Origin: Burkholderiales bacterium
GTDB lineage: Bacteria; Pseudomonadota; Gammaproteobacteria; Burkholderiales; JACQAP01
Direction of reading: 5' to 3'
Length of the DNA stretch: 64,000 nt
Assembly: GCA_046590325.1 (NCBI GenBank)
Contig: JBKJUC010000162.1
Location: forward strand, 21,768-85,767
Shown here: piece by piece, positions 63,963 to 64,000 of the stretch
Layout of the letters: every line of letters starts with the position of its first letter
Position numbering within the stretch: the stretch's first letter is position 1
Position numbers and translations under genes: made by a program
Notes under the pieces: generated by a model
What the model saw: the letters and a program-made list of their open reading frames with translations, nothing else
What the model was told of the DNA's origin: nothing
Database searches by the model: none

Positions 63963-64000
63963 CGGTTTGGATTGGCCGCGGAAACCTGCGGTTGTGCTGG

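Overview
This is a 64-kb, high-GC chromosomal segment. Its gene order (tig-clpP-clpX-lon-hupB-tRNA-Val-tRNA-Asp-ppiD-fabI) looks betaproteobacterial. All calls rest on reading the supplied ORF translations and the DNA by eye; no database search or numeric computation was run. Start codons were chosen from motifs, RBS and N-terminal sense, and several differ from the ORF-track maxima. Content by region: (1) 0-6 kb holds a UDG fragment, a LemA-TPM-TPM operon, lplT, alr and radA. (2) 6-9 kb holds a tightly packed minus-strand trio of class III cyclase with PEGA domain, small lipoprotein and tail-anchored Ser/Thr kinase. I consider this the best candidate for an uncharacterised signalling system. 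(3) 9-35 kb holds a very large fatty-acid beta-oxidation supercluster: two acyl-CoA ligases, etfBA, ETF-QO, two large acyl-CoA dehydrogenases, a PsrA-like TetR with a clear operator, crotonase, FadL, FadB-like, thiolase, two thioesterases and SDRs. It is interrupted at 19.1-22.7 kb by a visibly AT-richer island. The island carries a GGDEF-EAL sensor protein translationally coupled to a heme-oxygenase-like diiron-oxidase (HDO/TenA/PqqC-fold) protein. (4) 34.7-37.7 kb holds hpnC-hpnD-hpnE plus a coupled yciK-like SDR. (5) 37.8-47.6 kb holds the housekeeping protease/chaperone block with three tRNAs. (6) 47.7-54.3 kb holds a PepT-type ABC importer with unusual architectures. (7) 54.4-64 kb holds a LysR-flanked locus (HIBDH-like, PrpD-family, Liv-type ABC with fused permease-ATPase, CMD, MBL hydrolase) of unknown substrate. 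A family of 120-170 bp non-coding palindromic elements sits directly after stop codons at four sites; their arms are tandem 9-mers (CRCARAGGN). Architecturally similar hairpins occur at 31.7 kb and, in frame, inside the ABC ATPase gene at 53.4 kb. No CRISPR array, rRNA, transposase, integrase or recognisable defence system was seen.
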